DNA of 63,998 nt, the filler included, from Perkinsus olseni (Eukaryota): the NCBI GenBank assembly GCA_013115125.1. It is 4 parts of 4 records of this genome, joined end to end, with 100 filler letters (N's around TTAATTAATTAA, not from the genome) between each part and the next. Parts side by side here need not be neighbours in the genome. Positions count along the whole stretch, not along the records: positions 32,637 to 48,788 come from JABANN010000683.1; positions 48,889 to 63,998 come from JABANN010000707.1; 2 more parts are not named here. The stretch is one strand, 5' to 3'. Shown one piece after another: positions 42,641 to 55,200 of the stretch. Within the stretch, counting starts at the first letter, position 1. The number at the start of each line of letters is the position of its first letter. The position numbers and the translations under genes were made by a program. Under the pieces are notes generated by a model that had not been told where the DNA came from, made no database searches, and saw only the letters and a list, made by a program, of their open reading frames with translations.

Positions 42641-45600
42641 ATGGATCTGTCTGCTAATCATCTTAACGACTTGCTCTTCCTCACGATCAACCAAGATCAG
42701 ACCTGCTTCGTCGTAGGTGAGTCACTGCGCCTGTAAAATCCCGAACTCGAAGGAGTGCTGCTGCCTTGGTCCACAACCGTCTCTTCTTCGGCCATTCTAA
42801 TGCTGCTCATCCGAGGGAGATGGGGTCGCCATTTTTTGTTGACTTGGCCGGCGGGAATCTCGTTCTATTGAAGATTCCTTTCGTAATTGGAGAATCGCTT
42901 GTTCGTTAAATTTCCCGACTTCTGTTGATGGCTAGCTATGCTACTTTTTCATACTTCGAAGTGTGTTCCCTATGAAGCGAATGAGGAAAAGACCGACCCG
43001 AACAGGATCGGCTTTGAAGAGCGCTTGATTATCAAGTCCATTCCTCTGGGGGTGTTGAATAGACCCCTCGTGAATTTCAGGAGCGCTCCCAGGACTGAAT
43101 TTAACGTATAAAATACGATCCTCGGATTTGTCTTGAAAAACACAGGAGACATCTATTGGACACGCGGTCTATTATCGAGCTTTGATATACTCAGTGCTGT
43201 CCCGCATTGGTGATCATGAAACGGTGCAAAGATTCTCTACAGCGTGCGCAAACACAAGATAGTATCGTCCAATTCAAGACGATTGATTAGGTATATATCG
43301 AGTACCGAGTTCATGATGATCATGGTGTCGTATACAGAACTAATACAGTACTGAATTTCCGTGGATCTCTTGGAAGGATTTTCTTGGATTTTTTTCTCGT
43401 CAAGTCGTTTCAGCTCTCACGGCAGGTACGGAGGACGGTTTCAGAGTGTACAGCATTGACCCTTTCAAACCGGCATTTTCTCGGCGGTTCCGGGACGTCA
43501 TCCCAGTAGAGGGAGAACCTCGATCAGACGAGCCAACGAGCAGCGGCAGCAGTTCGTCCAGACGGGCTGAGATTGCGGCTGCGAGTGGCGGTATTGGCAT
43601 CGTCGAGATGCTGTACCGGTGCAACATCTTGGCCCTTGTTGGTGAGTCCTCGCACTGTAACTCTCGTAAGAAGCTATGAGCGTGTTATTAGAAATTTTTG
43701 GGTGATACGTTAGCTCGGCAATGCCGCTCTATGCTGCGCTGGGTCGTACTATTGGCCGATTCAAGAAGCGCTGCTCTGTTCCTCGTAGCGGCCTTGAAAA
43801 CTAGTTCCGTTCTTACCTGCATTCCCACGAAAATTATCACGAATGAATGTACCGTTTTGAAACTCTCGAGTCCTCGGACACGTTTGTCTCAGGTGGAGGC
43901 AGGAACCCAAGATTCGCACCGCACAAAGTTATCCTCTGGGTGAGTACTGAGCGGGATGCTGATACATCGGGTGGATCTCGGCTTCATTAACCACCGCCCG
44001 AGCTGCTGAATCCTGAGCTGTAGACCATGAAAGCTCGATTCAGGACGATCGACATCCGCGACCGCTGGCGGAACTTTCTTTCCGGACGACCGTCAGGGCT
44101 GTCCGAATGCGCCGGGACATGATCGTCGTGGCGATCGACTCGAAGGTGCGCCCGCTTCGCTGGTTACCCGGTCTTTTTTCATTTATTTCTAGGTTTACGT
44201 TTACCGTTTCTCCGACCTCACTTTGATCGACAGCATCACCACTGGGCAGAATCCCCGGGGTATCATGGCGCTTAGTCAGAACGACGATCGGGCTGTGCTG
44301 GCCACCGTCGCTGACCAACAGAAAGGTGGGCAAGGAGTGGTATACACGCTTGCACAGGGAGTATTTTTCAGGCCGTGTTCGAGTGAGTGTTTATGACGTA
44401 CCTCTGTCGACGGATGCTAGAGGCCCGAGCCGCTCTTCTGTGATCTTGGCTCACGACTCCCAAATCAGTCAACTCGCCTTGGATAAAACGGGCAGCCTCT
44501 TGGCGACTTCAAGCGATAAGGTAAGCGTTTGAAATTCTTTCGTAAATCTGAGTAAGATTGGAAGTGGTTGAGTGAAGAAAGGTGGAGTTTCTCAGCAGGC
44601 GTTGGCTCTGACAGTCGGGAACTTTGCTGTGGGTTGATTTTTAACGGCTAGGATAGCCGCCGTGTTCCACCATCTGATTGATCCCATCACAGGGTCCTGG
44701 CTTGTCCTGCCCAGCTTAATGGCCCGTGGATGGTGTCTTTGATGACTCCCTCAGTTTGGTCATCGCTCAGACGAGACCCGAGGTTGCGCAGTGCCCTTTA
44801 CGTCGAGAGATAAAGCTGAAGAGCTAGTGAGCCCGTAGGCGGACTCGGGTCTCCCTTGTGGCTGAAGCAATCAGCCAGCGGGCTGCCAGCTGGGGAAGGT
44901 GCCAGTGAAGGCATGATGGGGATGTGCCCCGCTCATCAGGGAGCATGCTGTGATTTGATTGGATTCGATAAGAATTATTGGTGCGCTCGGGCGGTCCTGA
45001 GAAGCTGCACAAGACTCTCTAAGGCGTTTCCTGGCAAAGCCCGCGTCAGTTCTGGCCGCTGTTAAGCCGTGATGGGTCCATGGTGATGCTCTTCGACACG
45101 ACACCAGACCCAGGCTGACTGATGGGAGACAAGGCCATTTCTATCCATCTGAAAGACGTGTACAATATCTATCACGGGGGTCAGCCGTGGTTAGTAATCC
45201 AGTGACCGACGGCAGCTCGGAGCTGCTAGCTCCTGCAGCTACTGAACTATGATAGGGTCGACCGGGTCGACTCGACCCCCGAGAGGCTGTGGGGAGACTT
45301 ACAACGGGTGACGTTGACCGCTCGGGTGTCAGAGTGACACTCGGCTCGGGCAGAATGGAGGGGGGATACAGCTGGACGCTTCAGCTGCTGCTCTCTCTCT
45401 ACCACTTCACAGCGAGCACCGCTCTGCACATCATTTACCAAGCGCCGCTGGGATTACACGCCTCGCTTCAGTGGTATTCAACGTGTTTTGGATTATCCTC
45501 ATAGTTTTTACCGACCGCTTGGTTCCTCCACTATCGGCGAGGCGGCAGTGAGAGCCCTCGTGTCCTCCGCGCTCAGGAGGTGCTTATTAGTGAAAACCAT

Positions 45601-46771
45601 GGGGCTCTGATGAGCTCTAGTGAACGTATCGGGCAAGCTCAAGCGAGGGTCCTTCCGGTGAAATGGATCGTTCAGAGTTTCCTACTACAATTTGATAATG
45701 AGAATATGAGAAAAGATGGTGTAGAATTTTTGGAAAATCTCGGTCAGGTGACGAGCAGCTCGTCACGAGCTCAGCAGGCAATCGGTGCACTGAGTACTCG
45801 TTTAATCTCAGGGCACCCTGATACGAATACACGATACTGGGACGGGCCACCTTTTACAGGAGCTTCGGCGAGGTGTCGACCGCGCCGACATTTGCTCGAT
45901 TGTTTTTCACCCGACAGGCCGCTGGGTTGTTGTCTCTAGTGATAAGGTAGGTTCGACCCGATTCACGGTTGAGATCGACAGCCCCCCCAGGTTTGCCGTT
46001 GTTGATTTTCGGAATGACACGATAGAGGCTTTGGGGAATAGCCGTACGCACGAAATTTGGTGAATTATCTCCCCGGAATCCTCGCTAGGCATTCTGAGTT
46101 TGGCCCTGCGTACAGAGTAGCACTTGAGGATCTTCGTCGAATTCAATCGGTGGAAATGAGAGGATTTCGAGCGGCTTTTTTAGGGAACGGTGCATGTCTT
46201 CGCGGTGCGAGTCCCTGCTGGGGGTGGTAGAGAGTCGCGAGGAGCAGGTGGGAACGCTCGAAGCAAATTCAGGTGAGAAACTGGTGCCTCTTGGTGACGT
46301 GCCCCAGTTCGGAAGGCAAACTGAAAATTTGTCGGAACTGCCGTGCTCTCCTTCTTTCTCTTCGTCGAAAGTGATGTTAAGATTCGCTTTATTAAGGCAG
46401 CGACTATAAATTGTCGTTCATCGGTAATTTCGCGTGATTTCAATATTCATGTTAACAGCGTGAGTTGAGAAAACGCCACCTTGCTCGTCAGGAGCCGTGA
46501 GAAATTTGCACTATGTGAGAAGCATTCCACGGCGACAGGGTGAAATCCGGGCGTGAAAGCATTCTGGCCTTGCAGGTTCTTTGGAGGTTACTTCGGCTCT
46601 GAGTGGAGCTTTGCACGGTTTCGCGTGCCCGACTACCGCTGCATCGCCTGTTTCGGCAGCACGACCAACACTGTTGCTGTGATGTGCGCTGATGGCAGCT
46701 ACTATAAGGCCAAATTCGATCCAGTCTTTGGAGGTATTTCCTTTTCGGAGTACACTCCTTCGGGGGGTTAA
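42641..46771 (+). CDS. ATG18: ATG18/WIPI (PROPPIN) family protein, WIPI3/4-like (multi-exon)
   Basis: LFLTINQDQTCFVVGTEDGFRVY, IVEMLYRCNILALVGGG..PRFAPHKVILWDD, AHDSQISQLAL..GSLLATSSDKGTLIRI, ELRRG phosphoinositide-binding motif, SSDKGTVHVF and YFGSEWSFARF. Confidence 0.93.
44575..45640 (+). ncRNA. Candidate large structured intronic RNA of unknown class
   Basis: Nested long-range helices, many G-U pairs, several GNRA tetraloops and a pseudoknot within the 1291-nt intron 44521..45811. Boundaries are approximate. Confidence 0.5.
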
Positions 46772-47963
46772 TGTTAATCTATGAGGGCTAACGATAGTAG
46801 TGGTATATAGGTAGTTCTTTCGAGCTGACCTCGAGTGCACGGCCGTTTCAGAATACGGAAATTCTCGCTCATTTTGTGTGAAACGGTTTCGAGGGCGGAA
46901 GATATTTGTGTATCTTTAGCTGCGGCATATAAACCTGTCGCAGGTCGATCGATTTTATTCCAGCTGATCAGGTGAAATGGTCCGTGTTGACACAGGAAGG
47001 TTTGACGCAGCATCTGAGCGCCACCGAATGGTCGGGGAGACTGAGCCCGGTGCAGCTGAGAGTATATTGACAGCTCCAAGCACGTAGCAGTTGTGGACTG
47101 TGTTGACCAAAATAATTTTCTTTCTACTCCCTTTGGATCGAGTTGACGAGTTGACGCGCGTGGTTTGGTGAACGCGGAGTCAGTACTATCGACAAAATTC
47201 GAAATTGCATTGCCAATTCAATTATTCGAGTATTATTGACACGTCACGTCAATGGGCACGTCGAAGCCTTATTGAATCAATACGACCTATTGAATTAGTG
47301 GTGAAATTTCTTGGAGGGAAGGCTTCCGGAAGCAGCCTTCTGTGCGCAGGAGGTCGGGAGAGGAGTTCAAAGGCCTTAACGTTCCGTCGCATCCGTCAAT
47401 AACGGATATTACTAAACGATGGCTGTGGGATTCGAACCCTGCAATTCGGGAAGTAAACGACTCGGCCAGCCAAGATACAATGACGATTAGGTTTCAAACC
47501 AGGGCCCCCGCAGTCCCTTCGAAGAATACCGAGGAGCGAAGGCGTTGGTACATGCGTGCGGCTCTGATCGACCGCCGTGAACTCGTTGATTAGCACGACC
47601 ATTGATGTTACTACCCTTCAACAAGGAGTCCTTGTCAAGGACTCCCTGTCACGACGACGACACCGTGATGAGGCCGTGCATCCGTTCGCGAGGCCAATCG
47701 TTCTCGCTCGCCGCGTAGGATTCGCATGTGAATAAGCAGATTGATGCCGACTGACTCACAATATCTGCGGTTGTACTCGTTGCGGTCGACCATCCAGACA
47801 TCTTCCTACCCTGACGTTGCGTCAATAGGCGCATGAACATTATCCGGCTACGGTACAAATCAAAAGGCGCTGCGCCCGAGACGGCTTCAATTACGTCTCC
47901 TGCACTGCTCGCGTCAGAATTTCCTCCACAAATTCTGGTGACACTACAAAAACCCGTGCCCCT

Positions 47964-48719
47964 ATGGGTATCCTGAAGCTCTTCATCGTCACAGTTTTCT
48001 TTCGCCAAGCAGCGTTCTCGAAGACCATACCCCCGGGCGTTTATCAGACGTTTCAGCCAGTCTCGGTGTTCGCCGGCGTGGCACTGAGGGTTTTCGAAGG
48101 GCAGCAGTGCGCTGTGGTATTCCTTTGTCGAACGCCCTCTTTCTTGCAATCTTTTGAGACGCCCGTTGTGGGTATGAGACCATCATCTAGCGAGAAGGGG
48201 TGTTACCTCCTCCTAGAGGAGGGCAGAAAATCCGATGGCGTTCTCAGAAAAGCGAAATCGATGACAGTAAAATACGGCCAGCGGGTTGAATTCGCCATGA
48301 CCGAGCTACTCCCATGTATCCGTGGCGGCAACGTTTCCATAGTGGTCGGACCTCGTACTTTACGGATGAAAAAGATATCTAGCGATCCACATTATGTGCT
48401 CGAGAAGCCCTTCCAGCAGCCCTCCCCGGGCGTGTACACGAACGATGGGCTGATTGACAAATCTTCGCTCAGCGGAGTCACGCTGACGATTGGGGAGGCA
48501 GGATGGTCAGTAAAATTTTCATTGGCAAATGAGAAGATTCTGAGAAGCTCAGGGGAGGTCTTCGAGCCAGACCCAACCAAAAGATGCTTTTGGTTCGAAA
48601 AGAAACTATGCCGACGCCGGCTGTTCCCTGGTGACAGAACGATTGTTGCTGATAGCTGGGTGAAGATTCTGAAGCTGAGGGATGTGGGTATCTGTCAGGA
48701 CTCGGAGTCGAAGACATAA
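47964..48719 (+). CDS. Secreted hypothetical protein with two PGVY-initiated repeat domains
   Basis: Signal peptide MGILKLFIVTVFFRQAAFS; IPPGVY and PSPGVY begin two Cys-containing units. May continue past the contig end. Confidence 0.7.
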   Translation: MGILKLFIVTVFFRQAAFSKTIPPGVYQTFQPVSVFAGVALRVFEGQQCAVVFLCRTPSFLQSFETPVVGMRPSSSEKGCYLLLEEGRKSDGVLRKAKSMTVKYGQRVEFAMTELLPCIRGGNVSIVVGPRTLRMKKISSDPHYVLEKPFQQPSPGVYTNDGLIDKSSLSGVTLTIGEAGWSVKFSLANEKILRSSGEVFEPDPTKRCFWFEKKLCRRRLFPGDRTIVADSWVKILKLRDVGICQDSESKT

Positions 48720-48788
48720 ACCCGTCCACAAAATTATATCACATGAAGTTTTTTTCTAATTTCTCCGTAGCGATTGTGACTCAGGGCC

Positions 48789-48888
48789 NNNNNNNNNNNN
48801 NNNNNNNNNNNNNNNNNNNNNNNNNNNNNNNNTTAATTAATTAANNNNNNNNNNNNNNNNNNNNNNNNNNNNNNNNNNNNNNNNNNNN
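48789..48888. other. Assembly linker (N-run containing TTAATTAATTAA)
   Basis: 100-nt N spacer with stop linker. Confidence 0.98.
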
Positions 48889-48961
48889 GCCTCGGTAGCT
48901 CAGTCGGCAGAGCGCGTGCCTTTTAAGCCCGTGGCCGCGGGTTCGAGCCCCGCCCGAGGTG
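48889..48961 (+). tRNA. tRNA-Lys(TTT)
   Basis: GCCTCGG/CCGAGGT acceptor, TAGCTCAGTCGGCAGAGC D-arm, loop CTTTTAA (one T-C mismatch in the stem) and GCGGG-TTCGAGC-CCCGC T-arm. Confidence 0.9.
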
Positions 48962-49041
48962 CAGTCCATTAGATTTTTCAGTGATGCGATGCAGAGTTGT
49001 AACTAGACGGTCTCTCAGCACTCCAAGGGGCTTTAATGTGT

Positions 49042-49114
49042 GCCTCGGTAGCTCAGTCGGCAGAGCGCGTGCCTTTCAAGCCCGTGGCCGCGGCTTCGAG
49101 CCCCGCCCAAGGTG
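49042..49114 (+). pseudogene. tRNA-Lys-derived copy with TTC (Glu) anticodon; probably a pseudogene
   Basis: Three differences from 48889..48961: anticodon TTT>TTC, G53>C in the B-box (GGCTTCGA) and an acceptor mismatch (CCAAGGT). Confidence 0.75.
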
Positions 49115-49731
49115 CAGTCCGTATGGTCTTCTCCTGATAGAACTGGCTCGGAATTTGGACCTTGACATAGTTCTTACGCGGAACTGCCAGTTGGTCACGT
49201 CTTGCGTGAGCCGGTGTAGCCCAAGTAATCCATAAAAAATTCATTATAATTTGCCTATATTTACAGCCAGCACGATAATCCGAACTAGTAGCTGCAATCG
49301 TTGACTCACATTCGTTTCCGCAACGGAAACAAATCCACAGCAGGCATCCGCTTTCGACCACCCACCCAGGCGGCGCGTTGCCTTGCTAGGCAACCTCAGC
49401 ACCAGCCTGGCTCATGGCACCCGGCGCCATGCTGACCAGCATTGCTGAGGGCGCGCCATCGGCTTGCCTGCTCTACCATCTGACGGCTGGAACGGAATGG
49501 TAACAGATTAGCTGGATCAAATGGGATGCGCCCGAGTGCGTTTCACGGTGCGACTCGCACCGCCCATGGCCACCGGACAATGCGCTTCGCCCTCGCGCGT
49601 TTCGATTCGTTCCACATGTGTTCCGTCGAAACGCTCAGGAATACTGCGAGGAGTAACTAATTCTGTGACGACAGCGCAGGGCTGGAGTCTTGATCCTGTG
49701 GCAGTGGTCTTGTCTCAGCCTTTGACGATCA

Positions 49732-51899
49732 ATGAAATTATTCTCGTCTGCTGCATTAGCTACCTCGGTGCTGTCGACTCTGGCATTTGCTCGTACGAGA
49801 TTGCCCAAGGACGACAAGAGATCCTGTGAGTCCCTCGTGCATCTCGTGCTGCTTTCCAGATCGCTTTCTGGTATGTTTTCTCAGGGCAATCGAAGATCAA
49901 GTCTGAACTTAAGGGTTTTTCGTGGGGCATTTACGCCAACGGTAGAGGTCGACTTGATAAACCTGGCAAGTTCAAATGTTCCGGAAAATGGAAAGACGCC
50001 GTTGTTTACGGAGCTCGGAAGAAGGAGATCAAAGAGTGAGGCAATTTGGTCCGCCTGACTTGCCGTTTGAGTCGCAGTTTGGCCTAAGTTTTGTGTAACC
50101 TAGTCTTGTCTCAGGTTCTGTGTTCGCTTGCACGAGAAGCAGCAGGACGACTGGGGGTACAAGGACTCTCCCAAGAAATACAGTAGCCTTGTCTGCAACT
50201 TCTATGAAACGACTCGTAAATCTGATTTCTCCAGGTTGCATCCTCGATCCGAACGATAAGGGGAACGACCACGGAAGAAAGAACCGCGATTGGCTGTAAG
50301 CGCTACAGCACAGCCGTTTTTCCAAACGCACTCCCAATCTGCCCGATTAGATTTTGCTTTTATTTATAGGTGTTACGAGAAGACGCCTAAGTCTGTTTTG
50401 CTTCCTCCTCATGGCCCACCTTTGGATTCCGAGTGCCCAGCAGGAGACCACCTTGTGCCGCGCTGTATGACTGGGATTGCATGTGGCTTGAAGAACTCCC
50501 ATGGGCCTGGTTACTTCACTAGGTCGGCAGAATCTTCGTTTCCTCAGGGTATCCTGACGAAAGTCCTCCCGCGTGGTGCACTTACAACTGGTATTCCGAT
50601 TATCAGACGTGTTGGTGTATGCCTGGATTCTATAGAACTTCTCCGTATGACACGTCCTTGAAGATGAGGTAATTATACCCAACATCTGCCGACTACGTCA
50701 ATCCGTCCACTGCTACTCGGCGATTATGCTGTCGTGATTTCTCAGAGCATGTCCTGAAGAGACGGTGATGATCATTCCTCGTCAAGCATCCCTAGATAAG
50801 TGGAATAAAATGAAGCATCCCACCACTTCAACAACTACTACAACAGCCGCGACGATGAATACAACTGCAGCTACCACTTCCACCACCACGACCGTCACAA
50901 GAACCACTGAGACCATTACTACGGTGAAGCCGACGACTGCTGCCGACACTACCATAATGAGATCTACGAGGACCACCACATCATCCCCGGCTCCCACTAC
51001 TTCTGGTTCAGCTACTCTTCCCGACAGATGTATCTGCCCGTCCCCCACGACTCAGCAGTTCTCCGAGGTCTCTACGGCGGAGCGGACTTCATCATCCTCA
51101 TTTGTTCCCACAACCATCGTGCCTACAATGGCAGCCGAAGATTCTGAGAGGGACGCTGACCCAATCGAAACCAGTGATGTTAATATACCCACCGATTTTA
51201 CTGAGGCATTGGAAGAGGACGCAGATCCCAGAGTTGGAGCCCCTACAGCTCCTCTCAGTAAGCATCGTTACGCCTGGCCTATTCCAATGCTGTCCTTCAG
51301 ATATCAGCGCTTGTGGTGAGCACGGCGTTTGGTCATCTGTCAACCAATCATGCGTTTGCCATGACGGCTGGGAAACTGTCGGCTCCGAGTAGGTTCCTTA
51401 ACTCGGTGGTTGCCCGAGCGGTGTCTTCTCTCAGTCCTTGCAGCGCTCTCGTATCGACAGTCCCTGATGGAGATGATGGGATGGTAAGCATTGTGGTTGC
51501 TCGGCACGCCGGCTCCACCGACGAGCCTATTCGTTCGACGTTTTGCTCATACATTAGGGAGAGATGGCGTCTACCGGCAGTGACACCGATGGGAATGGAG
51601 GGCTTATTCTCGCAATCGTCCTGATGGTGGTCATCATCGGAGTCGCATGTTACTTCCTGTGAGTGAAAGACGCTGGGCTTGAACTCCCTGATATCTCACA
51701 CCGCACAGCGTTGCTACTCAGCGACATCTCCTTATATAGGTGGCGTTTCTGCCGTGCCCGCGCGTTCCGCATGCCCACAGTGAGACTGCCATGGCTGTCT
51801 AAGTCTCGGAAGCTGAGAGAATGGCGACTATACGAAATTACCATTCCATCACGCCCCCACTGGTCGAGAAATGCGCAGGCAAGCTCAGCGGTCGTTTAA
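49732..51899 (+). CDS. Type I membrane protein: signal peptide, Cys-rich domain, Thr-rich mucin stalk, EGF-like module, TM (multi-exon)
   Basis: MKLFSSAALATSVLSTLAFA; Cys-rich exon; PTTSTTTTTAAT...; CCPSDISACGEHGVW....SCVCHDGW; TM LILAIVLMVVIIGVACYFL; basic cytoplasmic tail. Confidence 0.75.
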
Positions 51900-52221
51900 C
51901 TGACGACTCTCACCTATATAATTCCATGCACAAACTTCATAATGGTGAGACTCACCATTTTATAATCGGTATCCAGTAGTATCCGATATGCTACCTCTCA
52001 GTGAGAGTGTTTTAAGTCGACGAAGTTTTGATACGAAAGTATGAAGTAATCTTCATTACTTGTCTCTATTTTGATGAAAATAAATTGTGTTACAGTCTGT
52101 CACACGGAGAGGAAGAGTGTAAACGTGACCCGCTGCTGTTAACCCGGAATTTTTTCATTCCGTTAGGGTAATAGGTTCATTGATTTTCTTCTCGTTGCAC
52201 GAATTAGTATTCCGCTAATTT

Positions 52222-55200
52222 CTATTCAAGTGTGTAGATCATATTCATGTGTAGATTTATGAATTGTACGTTGCGTAGATATGATAAAAACCGGGAGTCG
52301 ATACTCCTGTGACCACGAATCGCACTGGAGATCAGGTTCATGCAGTTTTGTGTGCGTGTTCTCTCGCGTGAACCAATGTTGCGATGACGAGCTGGGGAGA
52401 CCCAGTCAAGTCTTGGTTTCAATAATTGCGCTCGCTTCTCAACTTTTTGATTCGCGTTCAATTGTTCAAACTTATGATCAGTGAAGGCTGAGAGAAGCGA
52501 ATCTAGGCTGTTAGTTCGCATCCCCGCAGGATACTTGCTACACCCAACCTCAACTCGAGCCTTACACATTCACACGGATGGACTGGCCGAGGACAATAGT
52601 TTCTCAACGATCTCTTTCAGCTCGATCGTTTCCCGAAGAGAGGCTCGCAGCGACGGTAAACTTCGTAGCACTTCACTGCTTGGTTCGGCGACGCTCCCAC
52701 TTCTTGCTCTGTTCTTGACGCCCGGATGCTCGGAGGTGAAAAGCTGGCGCTCCTTGGCGGATAAAGCCAACTCTCTGAAAGAAAAAGCAGTCACCCAAAC
52801 GGGTCGCGATAGCTGCAATTCATGTTGCACAGAAGGTTCGATCACTCAAGAAGGCCGAGAACAAAAGACAAGAGATCACTCGGTGATCATTCAGCAACGT
52901 TATGTGCATCTCGAGATGCTCTGTGAAGTCTCCATCGTCTACGTCGCGGGAATAACAGTTTCACAGTGGTAACCGTAAGAATCCTAAGCAGACGTTCCAC
53001 TGGGAACTCTGTGAACTGCGCTCGATCAGGGAAAGCTCTCAGGGTCGACCGTGCCAATTCTTACCGTTCATGCAGGGCCCTCTGTCGGTTTCGCAAATCT
53101 TTACACATGAGCTCTAGCTCAGTCGCTAGCTCAGCTCCTCTCTTGCGTGACCTTTCACGCGCCGTGAAGCTGCATGCCAGCGAGAGACATTAGTGATCGG
53201 TTTACCCAGAAGCAAATGACTCTCGAGCGGAAGCAACTTTGATCTCCCCCAGCTTCAAGTGTAGGTTGTCTCTCTCTAGCCGCAAGTGACTGACCTGACG
53301 GAGACTCGCCCTGTTGTAACTCTGTATAGCTCGCGAGCCCCAATCACCAACGTTCGTTCTCTCACGAGAGTAATAAAAGGAGGCACACGCACCTGTTCCT
53401 GGAGGTCTATCCTCTCCTGTGCGAACTCTTTGTAGCTGTCTCGTCGTACGGTTTGTAACTACGATACTATCTGAGGTCTTCACGGCTTACTCGAACGACA
53501 CAAAATCCTCGTCCTAGTCGCCCCCGGAACACTCTTCAGAGCACTCCTAGAAGTTATTCAGCTATTCCTTCATACCGTCATTCGGTTTTCGGAGCCAGCT
53601 CAATGGACCACGGAAAGAGTTCGACTTCCCTATCAGCATGAACGGGTTTTAAACTTTTTCCAGCCGTCTGCCTGTCTGGGTAACAGCAAGGCCACTTTTT
53701 TGCGTTGCTCGTTGCCAGAGTTCCTAGATCCGGCAGTAGATTTCTGCTGCTTGCATTGGCAGGTGAACATTCGACCGCTCCAGTACTGCATTACGGAGTC
53801 TCTATATCCGTCTGCTTTACAGAGCCTTCTCTCGTCGTTTCATGCAACTACATCGATCACAACGAGATAGTGCGCGATAGTCCAATTTGTCTCCCTCAAC
53901 TCCCAGCACCTTCCAATTTCACAGTACTAACGACAAGAGCCCGTCAGGCCATCCTAACCGCTCACCTTATCCTTAAGAATTTTCACCTGTCCAACTAGCC
54001 TCCCTGCGACACTGTCGAACTCACTCCGAGTGATAGAAGTTCGTCTTATCTCGCCTATAGAGGTCGCGTGCTCAGCTTTGATCGCCTGTATCTACCACAG
54101 ACATCGCTGAGTGGTTCTACGGCCGTGAACGGCAGACTTCTTGCTCGTGACGATTCCGCTCTCGTATGAGCTGAGAGTGCAGTTCATCTGCCACTGCCGT
54201 TATCTGCTCCAACTTCTTCTCGTACTAATAGAAGAGATCTCTTACGTGAGCAGCTCACGAAACTACCCGATACGTATGTGACTCTCGAAGCTCGAGAAGA
54301 TGCAAGAGCAAACGAGGTCTATCTTCCTGCTCACTCTCCACAAGAGACAACGGCGGCCACATATTATTCACGATGACAGGAAACAGGATTAAGCCTCCAT
54401 GCTGATGGGGAGATCCGTTCACGACGAAGCTGTGCGCTGCTGACAAACAGCTGACCACCTCCTGGGCAGTAAGAAATTCTTGCTAAGAACTGGTATTGCT
54501 GACACTCCTCGGCATGTTCAAGAGAAGATAGCGCATCAGGTGCAAGTTCTGCTCCTCGTTATGCCAACGTTTCCGAGACCCACCTCGTTGACTTTGGACG
54601 TATACTTGTCGGCCGCTTCTTTCCTCATCGTCTCTAGAGTGCGAGTTGCTCTAGTTTTTCTATGTGTGTCACAGAGCTCTAGCCCTCCCGTCAATTCGAC
54701 AGCCGAGTCCCTGATAGACTAGGATCTTCCTGGGCTCGTTTAATACAAGGCCGCCCTTAACGCTATGCTAGTGGTCCATTCAAAAACTTGATGCATTTGA
54801 GGAGCTCTAGACCTAGCGTATTCTGCGCTCCCCATTATTTCGTTGACCATAAGGCCTTGAGTTTCCTAGGCTAACGCTAAGACGCATACCGTATTACGAT
54901 AACTGTAATGAAACTTAACCATGGATTTCACGCCGCAAGTCACTTGAGTCATGAGAGAATGAAATTCTAGCTCGGAGGTCATCTTACTCGAGCCCTGACG
55001 AGAATGCTGTCCGGTTAAATTCGCTTGCGCTGTTGTGCAATGGACGTGAGAGCATCTGCAGTGTGACGCCAGGATCTCACGAGCATTCCGGCGTTCCAAT
55101 GCTCATCAAATAGTTACCGGGTACCACTCACTCTTTTCAGTGGCGGTGGGGAGCTCGGTGAACCTGATGGGTGCTATCTGCAACGCTGCTTCAAGTAAGT

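Noticed and set aside
45130-45150. U3 snoRNA (CATTTCTAT resembles box A)
   Set aside because: Boxes A', B, C and D are not present at U3 spacing.
45600-45650. Hammerhead ribozyme (CTGATGA)
   Set aside because: No stem II followed by GAAA.
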